Positions 1-9,381 of a stretch of DNA of 64,000 nt are shown in pieces. Position 1 is the first letter of the stretch; every line of letters begins with the position of its first letter. The DNA is from Bacteroidota bacterium (lineage in GTDB: Bacteria; Bacteroidota; Bacteroidia; UKL13-3). Under the pieces are notes generated by a model. The model did not search any database and was not told the DNA's origin. It was given only the letters and a program-made list of their open reading frames with translations. The stretch lies in NCBI GenBank assembly GCA_947507965.1, contig CANNQU010000006.1, positions 1,275 to 65,274 on the forward strand. Reading direction: 5' to 3'. Both the position numbers and the translations under genes were made by a program.

Positions 1-1716
1 TTTGTCGGGGAATATGACGAAACCAGGCAACGGGCTAGTCGTTGGATAGTCTAGGTGGTAGAAGTTTTTATCCTCAAATTGAACATATTTAGGTTCCACT
101 ACTTTACCGGCAATCTTAGGGTTATTGAGTCGTATCTTTTCGGAGATGGATTTGGCCGAAGTAGAAATTAATTTATGCGACTGCCGAATGAAATCATCAT
201 AACTTTTATCTGCAGCATTATTAACTTGAAATACCAGTAAACGAGTTTCTGTTTCAACGATTAACTTTGATATCTGCTCAAACGATGGACCTTTGGTATC
301 GGGCATTCGATTTCCCGTATTGCCAATTAAAATAATAATATTGGTTTCATCTCTATGCTCTGTCATCATTCGCAGGGCTTTTTCTAAGCCAAGAAATACC
401 GCTTGAGGGCGCTCCTTGTCATTGCATTCCTTGCTGTCCTGAGAAGCTTCTTTAAAGAAATCTAACAATGGGGAGGTATTTGATGAGAGGTCTATCTTTT
501 CTACATTACGAGGCCCCATGGGGCATGATTCTTCAACGTGATCTCGATAGATAACACCACCCCATTGGTAGGTATTGTTTTTCCTCTCGACCACCAAATC
601 AATGGTTTTTTGAATAGAATTCAGGATGGGATCATAAAATCCATTCATGGTACTACCTCCATCCATAACAAAAACAACATTTATCTTACGCATGTTCTCA
701 CGTAATGCATTGTATTTTTTCTCGGTTGCCAATTGATCGGCCGTTTGAATGGATTGATTTCCTTCTTTATCAAAAATCTTCGTTATTAAGCCGGTTTCAA
801 TAATTTGATGTGGAAAAACGGTAAGTACCGGAAAACGTTTCCATTCCGGTTCAGCTCTTACTTCATAGGGGTCGTCCTGCCATAGGCCTTCGGTTTTATT
901 GCCCTTCATCACGGACAATACTTCCACATCATTGCGCCAGAGGGTTGCTTTTACGCCTGTGGCTCGACGTTCATTGGCTGCAAGTATATCCCAGTTCGGT
1001 TCAAGGCATAAGCGTGCTTCCCACTTTTGCACGATACTTTTTGGAGCCCATCCTAAAATTTCACCTTTGATGGAAGAGGTAGAGGTTTGAAAGCTTTTTC
1101 CAATTAAATAATTATTATTGTCATCGCTTGTTTTGTAGATAAACAAAAATTGAAACATGAGAATTTCATTCTCGTTTAAATCGTGCAGATCGGGCGAATT
1201 GTAAATTTTTACGATGTTGCCATTTCGAATAAATTTCCCTGGATTCATTAACGCATTTTTATCATTAATAATGGATAATGCCTTAATGGTAAAACCCTGA
1301 GGCGTTACTAAGGCGTGTTTCCAAAGAAGTAATTTTCTTTTTTCGGCCCAACCCATTAACACGGCTGTATTTAATATTTTTCGTGCTGATTTGTTGTCCG
1401 ACCTGAAAATAGTTACATCGTATTTAACCAAACGTACAAAATCGCCTTTTTCTTCAATTACAAAAAAAGGCTCTAAAAAATTAATAATTTTAAAGTTCTC
1501 TTTTCCATCGGGCTTCGTGTAGGTTTGCACATTATCGCGATCGGCATATACCACCCAATCGTTTCCTCGGGTGGCCTCGTTCTTTAATGATATTTCGCCG
1601 CTGGGTCGGTTATATTCATTTGGGCTAAAAAGTACTTTAGAACCTGACGGCACTTGGGCATTGATTACGTTACTGAAAAGAACAAGTATGGTTGCTATTT
1701 TTAAATTGAACTTCAT
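1..1716 (-). CDS. tssR: T6SSiii membrane-complex protein TssR (partial, runs off the left edge)
   Basis: Not in the ORF track because it is truncated. Both ends read manually from ATG at 1716: MKFNLKIATILVLFSNVINAQ (signal peptide), WVVYADRDN, FLEPFFVIEE, MGWAEKRKLLLW, vWA-like INVVFVMDGG, ETNIIILIG, YHLDYP. These resemble TssR, and the gene lies downstream of tssP. Confidence 0.85.
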   Translation of the reverse strand, partial: MKFNLKIATILVLFSNVINAQVPSGSKVLFSPNEYNRPSGEISLKNEATRGNDWVVYADRDNVQTYTKPDGKENFKIINFLEPFFVIEEKGDFVRLVKYDVTIFRSDNKSARKILNTAVLMGWAEKRKLLLWKHALVTPQGFTIKALSIINDKNALMNPGKFIRNGNIVKIYNSPDLHDLNENEILMFQFLFIYKTSDDNNNYLIGKSFQTSTSSIKGEILGWAPKSIVQKWEARLCLEPNWDILAANERRATGVKATLWRNDVEVLSVMKGNKTEGLWQDDPYEVRAEPEWKRFPVLTVFPHQIIETGLITKIFDKEGNQSIQTADQLATEKKYNALRENMRKINVVFVMDGGSTMNGFYDPILNSIQKTIDLVVERKNNTYQWGGVIYRDHVEESCPMGPRNVEKIDLSSNTSPLLDFFKEASQDSKECNDKERPQAVFLGLEKALRMMTEHRDETNIIILIGNTGNRMPDTKGPSFEQISKLIVETETRLLVFQVNNAADKSYDDFIRQSHKLISTSAKSISEKIRLNNPKIAGKVVEPKYVQFEDKNFYHLDYPTTSPLPGFVIFPDK

Positions 1717-1733
1717 GATGTGTTTCAAAAAAA

Positions 1734-2357
1734 TTAGTTGAGCTGAATGTAATTATAAGTAGCTTTCGATTGATTGGTGAAATTATTTATCTCTCTTAAG
1801 GTTTTTTCTGAGATTTTATTTTGTGTATTGGTATAATAGATATTAACCGTTAACTTACTTTCATCGGCACCGGTTATATAGGCCAGTTCCCTTGGGAATA
1901 AGCCCATAAGAATCGAAGGCTCGTCTTTTGAAATATAATCAATGAGGTACGATTCGGTAATAAAGAAGTTGATGATGATGTTTCCTTTTAAGGTGAATTC
2001 TTTTTCGAAAAGAAGTGTTCGCATCTCGTATTTATCGAACCAAACATTCGGGATGCGGGAGTTTTTTTCGAATAGGCCATTTAGAATTCGGGGACTACTT
2101 TCTGCTTTTTTAGTATAATCAAATTTTGCATCATTACTCCAGTAGAGTAAAAACTTATTGGTTGGCGTTGCATGGTTTTTCTTCACCTCAACTTCTAGTC
2201 TTTCAATTGCTTCCGAAGACAGAGAGGTGTTGCCGTCTCCTTTACTGTTTTCAATATAGAAAACCACCAAATTGTTTACGTTCTCCAATTTCGGCTTACG
2301 AAATCTAAAAGAAAAAACAATAAATAACGTACAACCAATGATTATTAATCGTTTCAT
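1734..2357 (-). CDS. Hypothetical exported/membrane-anchored protein in the T6SS operon (~207 aa)
   Basis: ORF track 1734..2399; the more likely start is ATG 2357 (MKRLIIIGCTLFIVFSF), 11 bp after the tssP stop and ending 17 bp before tssR. Confidence 0.75.
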   Translation of the reverse strand: MKRLIIIGCTLFIVFSFRFRKPKLENVNNLVVFYIENSKGDGNTSLSSEAIERLEVEVKKNHATPTNKFLLYWSNDAKFDYTKKAESSPRILNGLFEKNSRIPNVWFDKYEMRTLLFEKEFTLKGNIIINFFITESYLIDYISKDEPSILMGLFPRELAYITGADESKLTVNIYYTNTQNKISEKTLREINNFTNQSKATYNYIQLN

Positions 2358-2368
2358 GGGATAAATTA

Positions 2369-3247
2369 TTATTCTGTTATGGTAACTTTTGAAACACAAT
2401 TTGTTTTTGTGTCATACTCCACCTTCACGTCGTTTATTTTAGTATCTGGCTTCAGGTCGAGTTTCATACAATAGGAATAAATACTCGTGGTATTTCCACC
2501 ATTGATGGACACAGGAATACTAGAATTGTTGCAGAAATATTGTTTCAGCATCGGATCAAAAACAGCATCAAATTTGCCAAGTAAAATAGCTTCAAGCTTT
2601 GCTTTTAACTGAGGCCCCGTTAATTGCGGGGGGAGTGGAGGAGCACCACCACCGGTGACCACCGGTTTCGAGTTTACCTTAATTTCCAACCGGCCTTCTC
2701 CTTTGCTTGCATCCACACGAAGTACAATGGTATATTTACCAGGACGGTTATAGGTGTAGGATGGGTTCTGATCAAACTTGTCAATTCCTCCCGACTCTCC
2801 AAACTGCCATTCCCACTTGGTTGCTCCCTCCGTCGTGTTTTTGAACGATACATTATCGCCAACGAAACAGCTGGCTTGACCAATAATGATTACCGCCTTC
2901 TGTGTTGTATCTTCGCTGCTGATATAGGGTACGGCTACTTTAATAGAGAATTGTTCACTGCATTTTCCAATCGTTAAGGTGATCACTTTATCACCGCCAG
3001 TTTTGAAGGTATAATCGCCACTTTGGTCCTCACTCGTGCCTTCACCTTCTCCGAAATTCCAGCTCCATACATTAGCTCCCATAGTCTTATCTTCAAAATG
3101 AATGCTTTCTCCCACCAAAACACTATTTGAGGAGATGGCAAAGTCAAATTTTTGACAGCTACTATCACTCATAAATCTTTTGATAACAAATATTCCTGCC
3201 GCTACCAACACAATGGCTATTATAAGAAAAATGTTTTTACGTTCCAT
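2369..3247 (-). CDS. tssP: T6SSiii PKD-domain protein TssP
   Basis: N-terminal TM helix, two PKD repeats (WSWNFGEG, WEWQFGESG, YTYNRPGKYTIVL), Pro-rich linker, Cys-containing C-terminal domain; T6SS context. Confidence 0.85.
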   Translation of the reverse strand: MERKNIFLIIAIVLVAAGIFVIKRFMSDSSCQKFDFAISSNSVLVGESIHFEDKTMGANVWSWNFGEGEGTSEDQSGDYTFKTGGDKVITLTIGKCSEQFSIKVAVPYISSEDTTQKAVIIIGQASCFVGDNVSFKNTTEGATKWEWQFGESGGIDKFDQNPSYTYNRPGKYTIVLRVDASKGEGRLEIKVNSKPVVTGGGAPPLPPQLTGPQLKAKLEAILLGKFDAVFDPMLKQYFCNNSSIPVSINGGNTTSIYSYCMKLDLKPDTKINDVKVEYDTKTNCVSKVTITE

Positions 3248-3265
3248 GCTTACTGATTGTTATAA

Positions 3266-4951
3266 TTATTTAATTGTAAATTTAAATCCGATACCAAGTG
3301 ATAGGGAGCCTGTCTTTAGTGTACTAACGTTATTCATCAGTACGTTATAACTTCCAATTTCGTTGGTTAACATATAGTTTTTTTGGAAGCTACCATTAGT
3401 GAATGTTACACTCTGAAACTGCAGAAGTGTAGCGAACCATAATTTCTCTGATAATTTTAAGTTGGCGTTTATTCGAACAATAGCGCCCAAGGAGCTTCCT
3501 AAACTTAAACTTGATTCTTTCGATAAGGCTTCTTCAATGGCTACATCATACCCATCTGCACGATAGTCATTAAAATATTTTTTCTCTCCAATTTTGCCAT
3601 TATGTGCCTCCACGTTGCCTCGGGTAATAAGCCAGCTATCTCCACTAGGCACCAAGCTTGTATCGTAAGTAGTGGTGTTTCCTGCCGGAACGCCAAAATT
3701 ATAAACAGCTTCATAATCGGCTTTTGCTGTGCCCGATACCTTAGCCGATAATACACTATGATACACCGCACCAAAGCCAAAAGTTAGATTCGCTTTATCT
3801 CCTAAATCAAATTTGAACTGTAATAAAAAAGGGATATTAATTGATTTTATTTTCAAGTCTTCATCAATTGCTCGAGCCGTTACAAGGCGACGATACACAT
3901 TGTTTTTCGAATCGGTAGCACGATATTCTACATGGAAACTATCCATGGCGATGCTTGCATTAAAGCCAGAATATCCGATGCCGGTAGCAATACCTATTTT
4001 CTTTTTCTTCCCAAAGTAATAATCCACATCCATTTGTACTTGCGTAAATGGAGCTTGCTTGGTGAGTTTTATACCGGTAATGTTGTTTACATTTTTCGAT
4101 CCTTTAAGCTGTTGATCGTAGCTTACATTCGTTCCATTAAAGGGCACCTCGAGGCTGTTGTTACCCCCCGAAACGGTGAGGCCCAGATACAGCCCAGGCA
4201 AGGTGGGTCCATCGTCTACAGGTTTTTCCTTTATTTTCTTTTCTTTCTTTGCCACTACCGGAGTGGTGTCTTTAACCGGCACTTTTGAGGCGTCGCGTTT
4301 AGCCTGGGCGATAGCTACTTTTTCCTCCTTCGTTAAACACCCATTAACGGTTCTAAAGCCCTGCTCTTTCGGACATTTATCAAGGCCATTAGGAATAAAA
4401 TCGCGATCATCGTCATTGGATAAGAATATGGTATAACCCATAACGGTGGCATTCTCAATGGTGATGGTTTTAAAATCGGGAGATGCTTTCAACTCAAGTT
4501 TTAAGGTATCAATGATTTTATATTGCAGGCCTGTTTTTGTGGTTCCGTTGGTTTCTTTTAGCATCAAAATGATTAATGCGGCATAATCTACCTGGATGGC
4601 ATTATATTTAGGATAAACACCATAAGGATAATTTTCTTTGGTTTTCGCTATATATTCATCCACTGCTCGTATGGGCAAATTAAACGGATGGTCGAAGTCT
4701 TTGTCATAAAAGGAAGGATTTACTTCATCGGTTATTTGTGCTGTGTGGCTAAATAACTTTTCAAACTTCGATGCAATAAAGTCAGAGAAGCCGCTTTCGT
4801 CAAAGGACGTAAATTTGGAGTAGTTGAAATAATTAATGAGGAGCGTATCAATCTTTCCGGGGAGTTGTTTCCGCTGCATCATTCCCTGCGACAAGGCTAC
4901 GGCGGGAATCATTGAGACAAAAACGAGCAGTAGCAGTAGATTTTTTTTCAT
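3266..4951 (-). CDS. Outer-membrane beta-barrel protein with N-terminal soluble domain and TSP3-like motif
   Basis: Sec signal peptide; DDDRDFIPNGLDKCP..GC motif; K/P-rich linker; alternating beta strands (SINIPFLLQFKF, LTFGFGAVY) and terminal strand LSLGIGFKFTIK. Confidence 0.75.
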   Translation of the reverse strand: MKKNLLLLLVFVSMIPAVALSQGMMQRKQLPGKIDTLLINYFNYSKFTSFDESGFSDFIASKFEKLFSHTAQITDEVNPSFYDKDFDHPFNLPIRAVDEYIAKTKENYPYGVYPKYNAIQVDYAALIILMLKETNGTTKTGLQYKIIDTLKLELKASPDFKTITIENATVMGYTIFLSNDDDRDFIPNGLDKCPKEQGFRTVNGCLTKEEKVAIAQAKRDASKVPVKDTTPVVAKKEKKIKEKPVDDGPTLPGLYLGLTVSGGNNSLEVPFNGTNVSYDQQLKGSKNVNNITGIKLTKQAPFTQVQMDVDYYFGKKKKIGIATGIGYSGFNASIAMDSFHVEYRATDSKNNVYRRLVTARAIDEDLKIKSINIPFLLQFKFDLGDKANLTFGFGAVYHSVLSAKVSGTAKADYEAVYNFGVPAGNTTTYDTSLVPSGDSWLITRGNVEAHNGKIGEKKYFNDYRADGYDVAIEEALSKESSLSLGSSLGAIVRINANLKLSEKLWFATLLQFQSVTFTNGSFQKNYMLTNEIGSYNVLMNNVSTLKTGSLSLGIGFKFTIK

Positions 4952-4955
4952 GAAT

Positions 4956-7900
4956 TTATTTGTTTATGATAAATTTTAATGATGGTGAATCGCCGGAACT
5001 ATTTAAGAGGTGTAAATAGTAAATGCCATTGGGCAACGATTGGACTTGGATGGTTTGGTTGCCAGAATGTAGCGTAAGCTGCATTAATTTTTTACCTAGA
5101 ATATCAGTAATATAGGCTTCTTCAGGGAGTGCATCGCCGTCTAGTTTTAAGTTGAAAAATCCAGCATTTGGATTGGGTTGCAAGCTGATTTTCGATTGAA
5201 ATTTTGTTGGCTGAATGGATAATGGGGCGATATAGTATACTTTATACGTGCATCCCCCAGAGCTTAATTTTACATAATAATTATTCGTTGTAATAATCCC
5301 ACCAACAGGTGTAAAGTCTTGCAAGGTAGCTCCCAAAACATCCACTCCAAGGTAGGTGTTATCGTCGTAACCCCATTGAAAGGTGGGCTGCTTATTATCT
5401 AAACAAACCAAGGTTTTGTTGCTGTTCGTTGCAATTATTTTAGGAAGTGCCGGAATGGTACCAGCGGTGCTTAGGCTCAGTAGAGAAGAATCGCGACAAC
5501 CGGTTATTGGATTAATAGCGGTAACATAGATACTAAAGGTACCATTCGCCGGAAAGTCTATTAAACAATTCGAGGTTCGTTTGCCATAAAATCGGAGATT
5601 TGTATTGGTTGAACTCCACAAATAATTAACATTCGGAACGCTTGTTACCCCAAAATTTACCCCTTGTTGATTGTAACAAATCGAGGAAGGGTTGGTGGTG
5701 GAGAAAACGGGTTTTAAAGGGAGAGGATTTATGGTAAGTACAACAAAGCCGGCTACGGCACTACAGGGTCCTATGGGGTCGTCGGTAGTTAAGGTTAAAG
5801 TTACCGTGCCACTGTTGGTTGGGATCGCCGTAAAGGTTACCAATGATGGAGAAGCAGTCGGGTTGTTATTGCTAAGTTGGGTGGCCGCATTGGTCATGGT
5901 TCCGGTAACGGATGATATCGTCCATGTACCTTGCGTTGCTCCACCTCCGAAGCCAGAACCCGTTAAGATATAGGGTGTGCCGGCACACAAGGTAGCCGCA
6001 GATCCGGCATTAACAGTAGCTGCTGGATTTATGGTAAGCAGTACGGAGCTGGTCATTATTCCACAAGGCCCAGCAGGGTCGTTTGTACTTAGGGTTAATG
6101 TTATTGTTCCACTATTGCTAGCGATTGGTGTAAAGAGAACGGAGGATGGATTCGCTGTGCCAGTAGTATTGCTTAATTGACTTGACGCATTGGTCATGGT
6201 GCCTGTAGTAGCCGTTATCGTCCACGTTCCTGTTGCAGCACCGCCACCAATACTTGATCCGATAAGGGCATAGGAGCTTCCTGAACAAATGGTTGCCGTT
6301 GAGCCAGCGTTAACTGTGGCGGCTAAATCAACGGTAAGTACCACGAAGTTTGAAACGGCTTGGCAAGGGCCAAACGGGTCGTCGGTGGTTAGCGTTAAGG
6401 TAACGGTTCCGCTATTCGTAGCTATGGGCGTAAATAAAACACTAGACGGGGTTGCGGTTGCCCCTAAATTGCTTAACTGACTTGTAGAAGTTGTCATCGT
6501 ACCAGTTGCAGAAGTAATGGACCAGGTTCCATTGGAAGCAGCCCCTCCAATGCTTGATCCTACCAAAGCGTAAGGAGATCCTGAGCATATGGTAGTATTT
6601 GTGCCAGCGTTGGATGTAGGGGCATTACTTATGGTTACAACTATACTGCTTGTAACCGCTCCACAGCTACCAGCAGGAGTATTGGTTGTTAATGTTAGGA
6701 TAACGGATCCCGTATTACTGCTATTTGGGGTAAATACTACCCCTGAAGGGTTAGATGTAAAAGAGGTACTACTTAACTGACTTGAGGAATTGGTCATGGT
6801 TCCTGTAGCCCCGCTTATCGACCATCTACCGGTAGTGGCGCTACCACTAATGCTTGACCCTATTAAAGTGTAGGGAGTTCCTTTGCATATCGTAACATTT
6901 GAGCCTGCGTTTGCAAGAGCAGGCTCTTCGACGGTGAGCAATAAGGTACTCGATACCAAAGGGCATGGACCCGATGGGTCATCGGTGCTTAGGGTTAACG
7001 TTATGGTGCCAAAATTGGTAGCGATGGGAGTGAAAGTAACCGATGATGGCGTAATGGTGGCTCCGGTATTACTCAATTGGCTTGCCGAACTGTTCATGCT
7101 TCCCGTTACCGCTGTTATCGACCATGTTCCATTGGAGGCTCCTCCTCCGACACTTGAACCCGAGAGAGTATAAGGAAGCCCAGCACAAATTGTATTATTG
7201 GATCCAGCATTCGAAGTGGCCGCTTTGTTTACGGTTAACGTAACCGAGCTGGATACCGCTAAGCAAGGGCCCAAAGGGTCGTCTGTGGTTAAGGTGAGGG
7301 TCACCGTTCCTCCGTTGGAGGCAATGGGTGTAAACGTTACGGTTGATGGTGTAATGGTTGTAGAAGTATTGCTTAGCTGACTGGAATTGGTCGTCATGGT
7401 TCCGGTAGCGGAAGTGATGGACCAGATACCATTGGTAGCCCCGCCTCCGATGGTTGCCCCGGTTAAAGTATATGGCGTACCGGAACAGATGGTGGTAGCA
7501 GAACCAGCGCTCACGGTTGGAGCAAGTGAAACGGTAAGCACCCGAGTGCTTGATACGGCAAGACATGGCCCTATTGGGTCGTCGGTGGTAAGCGTTAATG
7601 TTACAGTACCACTATTGGTTGAAATGGGTGTGAAGGTAACTAATGCAGGGGAGCCGGTAGCTGAAGTGTTGCTCAGCTGACTTGCAGCATTGGTCATGGT
7701 GCCCGTTACGGAGGTAATGGTCCAGGTACCCAATGATGCACCTCCAGTTACACTTGCACCGGCTAAGGTATATGGAAGCCCAGAGCAGATGGGTGCGGCA
7801 GAACCGGCATTTGCTATCGCTGCCGGATTTATACTGAGTATTACCGAGCTGGATACGGGTAAACATGGGCCAGAAGGGTCGTCGGTTGTTAAGGTAAGGG

Positions 7901-9338
7901 TTACGGTGCCACTACCGGCTAATGGCGTAAAGGTAACCGAAGAAGGAGTTGCTGTGGCGGAAGTTGAACTTAATTGACTCGGAGTATTGGTCATACTCCC
8001 ACTCCAAGCGGTAATCGACCAGGTGCCGTTTAGGGCACTACCACCAATACTTGAACCTGTTAAAGGGTAAGCTATTCCTGAGCAGATGGAAGTGGCAGAA
8101 CCCGCATTGGCTGTTGGAGCCCGGCGAACGGTGATTACCACGGTGGGTGCTACAGAAGTACATGGGCCTGCGGTTGTTAAGGTAAGGGTTACCGTGCCAC
8201 TGTCGGTAATAATTGGGGTGAAGGTTACTAGTGATGGGTTGGCTGTTGCTGCGATACTACTCAGCTGGCTTGCAGCGTTCGTCATGGTTCCACTAACAGC
8301 ACTAATCGACCATGCTCCTGTTGAAGCACCGAGACCAAGACTTGCTCCCGATAAGGTATAAACAGTTCCTGAACATATAGATGTGGCCGATCCTGCACTG
8401 GCAGTAGCGGTAGCATTTATCGTGAGAATTACGGTGCTCGTGACCGCACCACAAGGGCCGGCAGGATCATCGGTGGTAAGAGTAAGGGTAACCGTCCCGC
8501 TATTTCCGCCAATAGGTGTAAATACAACGGTATTCGGCGTTAATGTCGCTGCGGTATTACTTAATTGAGTTGCGGTATTGGTCATCGAACCGGTAGTGGC
8601 GGTTATCGACCACGTGCCAGTGGAGGCGCTACCTCCAATGGTAGCGGTGCTAAGCGTATACGCTGAGCAAATGGTTGCTGCAGAGCCTGCGTAAGCTGTA
8701 GGAAGTGCATTCACGATAAGAATCATCGTGTCTGACACAGCGCCACAAACACCACTCGGATTATCGGTAGTTAGTTTTAAAGTTACAGTGCCCGTATTTC
8801 CGGCAATAGGTGTGAAAACAACGGTGTTAGGGGTTATTGTAGCAGAGGTATTACTCAGTTGAGTGGCGGTATTTGTCATCGTTCCACTCCAAGCGAAAAT
8901 CGACCAAGTGCCATCTGAGGCACTACCACCAATATTAGACCCGACTAAAGTATATGGTACTCCTTGGCATGTAGTTGCTGAAGCCCCTGCATTTGCAGTA
9001 GCGGCGGTGTTCACGGTGAGCATGTCAGAAGAGTTTGAACCGGCACTTACCGTTAGGTAATAAGTTGTTGTTGTAGATGGAGAAACGGTTACAATGGTAT
9101 CGTAATCTCCTCCTCCTGCATTCGACGCCCACATAATTCTGGTAGAGATAATGTCTGTTCCACCGACGGTAGTACCCACGGCATAGGTAGTAGTGCCATA
9201 GGTATGGCTTGTATTGTGAACCGTAAAAGTAGTGCTTCCCCCGTTGCAGATGGTATTGGTTAGCAATGTAATAGAATTTGCCGCATATCCCAAATACCCT
9301 AAAAAAAACAAAAAACTTAAGAGTAATAATTTTTTCAT
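4956..9338 (-). CDS. Large T9SS type-A CTD surface protein with 11 tandem Ig-like repeats (putative adhesin)
   Basis: Signal peptide; 11 repeats of ~100 aa; C-terminal ISLQPNP...ITDILGKK...LPNGIYYLHL...LKFIINK, typical of the T9SS type-A sorting domain. Confidence 0.9.
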   Translation of the reverse strand: MKKLLLLSFLFFLGYLGYAANSITLLTNTICNGGSTTFTVHNTSHTYGTTTYAVGTTVGGTDIISTRIMWASNAGGGDYDTIVTVSPSTTTTYYLTVSAGSNSSDMLTVNTAATANAGASATTCQGVPYTLVGSNIGGSASDGTWSIFAWSGTMTNTATQLSNTSATITPNTVVFTPIAGNTGTVTLKLTTDNPSGVCGAVSDTMILIVNALPTAYAGSAATICSAYTLSTATIGGSASTGTWSITATTGSMTNTATQLSNTAATLTPNTVVFTPIGGNSGTVTLTLTTDDPAGPCGAVTSTVILTINATATASAGSATSICSGTVYTLSGASLGLGASTGAWSISAVSGTMTNAASQLSSIAATANPSLVTFTPIITDSGTVTLTLTTAGPCTSVAPTVVITVRRAPTANAGSATSICSGIAYPLTGSSIGGSALNGTWSITAWSGSMTNTPSQLSSTSATATPSSVTFTPLAGSGTVTLTLTTDDPSGPCLPVSSSVILSINPAAIANAGSAAPICSGLPYTLAGASVTGGASLGTWTITSVTGTMTNAASQLSNTSATGSPALVTFTPISTNSGTVTLTLTTDDPIGPCLAVSSTRVLTVSLAPTVSAGSATTICSGTPYTLTGATIGGGATNGIWSITSATGTMTTNSSQLSNTSTTITPSTVTFTPIASNGGTVTLTLTTDDPLGPCLAVSSSVTLTVNKAATSNAGSNNTICAGLPYTLSGSSVGGGASNGTWSITAVTGSMNSSASQLSNTGATITPSSVTFTPIATNFGTITLTLSTDDPSGPCPLVSSTLLLTVEEPALANAGSNVTICKGTPYTLIGSSISGSATTGRWSISGATGTMTNSSSQLSSTSFTSNPSGVVFTPNSSNTGSVILTLTTNTPAGSCGAVTSSIVVTISNAPTSNAGTNTTICSGSPYALVGSSIGGAASNGTWSITSATGTMTTSTSQLSNLGATATPSSVLFTPIATNSGTVTLTLTTDDPFGPCQAVSNFVVLTVDLAATVNAGSTATICSGSSYALIGSSIGGGAATGTWTITATTGTMTNASSQLSNTTGTANPSSVLFTPIASNSGTITLTLSTNDPAGPCGIMTSSVLLTINPAATVNAGSAATLCAGTPYILTGSGFGGGATQGTWTISSVTGTMTNAATQLSNNNPTASPSLVTFTAIPTNSGTVTLTLTTDDPIGPCSAVAGFVVLTINPLPLKPVFSTTNPSSICYNQQGVNFGVTSVPNVNYLWSSTNTNLRFYGKRTSNCLIDFPANGTFSIYVTAINPITGCRDSSLLSLSTAGTIPALPKIIATNSNKTLVCLDNKQPTFQWGYDDNTYLGVDVLGATLQDFTPVGGIITTNNYYVKLSSGGCTYKVYYIAPLSIQPTKFQSKISLQPNPNAGFFNLKLDGDALPEEAYITDILGKKLMQLTLHSGNQTIQVQSLPNGIYYLHLLNSSGDSPSLKFIINK
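5715..9000 (-). repeat. Intragenic tandem repeat, 11 units of ~300 bp (diverged)
   Basis: Unit consensus AGSxxxICxGxPYxLxGxxIGGxAxxGTWSIxxxxGTMTNxxxQLSxxxxTxxPxxVxFTPxxxNSGTVTLTLTTDDPxGPCxxVxSxxxLTxN, counted 11 times in the translation; boundaries approximate. Confidence 0.9.
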
Positions 9339-9381
9339 GCCGAAATGCTTTTTTAATTATTGTGAATATTACGCGTATTTG

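Noticed and set aside
899-1090. 63-aa plus-strand ORF in the track
   Set aside because: Antisense to tssR.
5715-9000. Periodic DNA repeats as a possible CRISPR array or DGR template
   Set aside because: Units are ~300 bp, diverged and in-frame coding. There are no identical short repeats with spacers, and no cas or reverse transcriptase gene in the window.
5692-9060. Series of ~60-97-aa plus-strand ORFs recurring every ~300 bp
   Set aside because: Antisense shadows of the adhesin's coding repeats; the periodicity is explained by the minus-strand gene.
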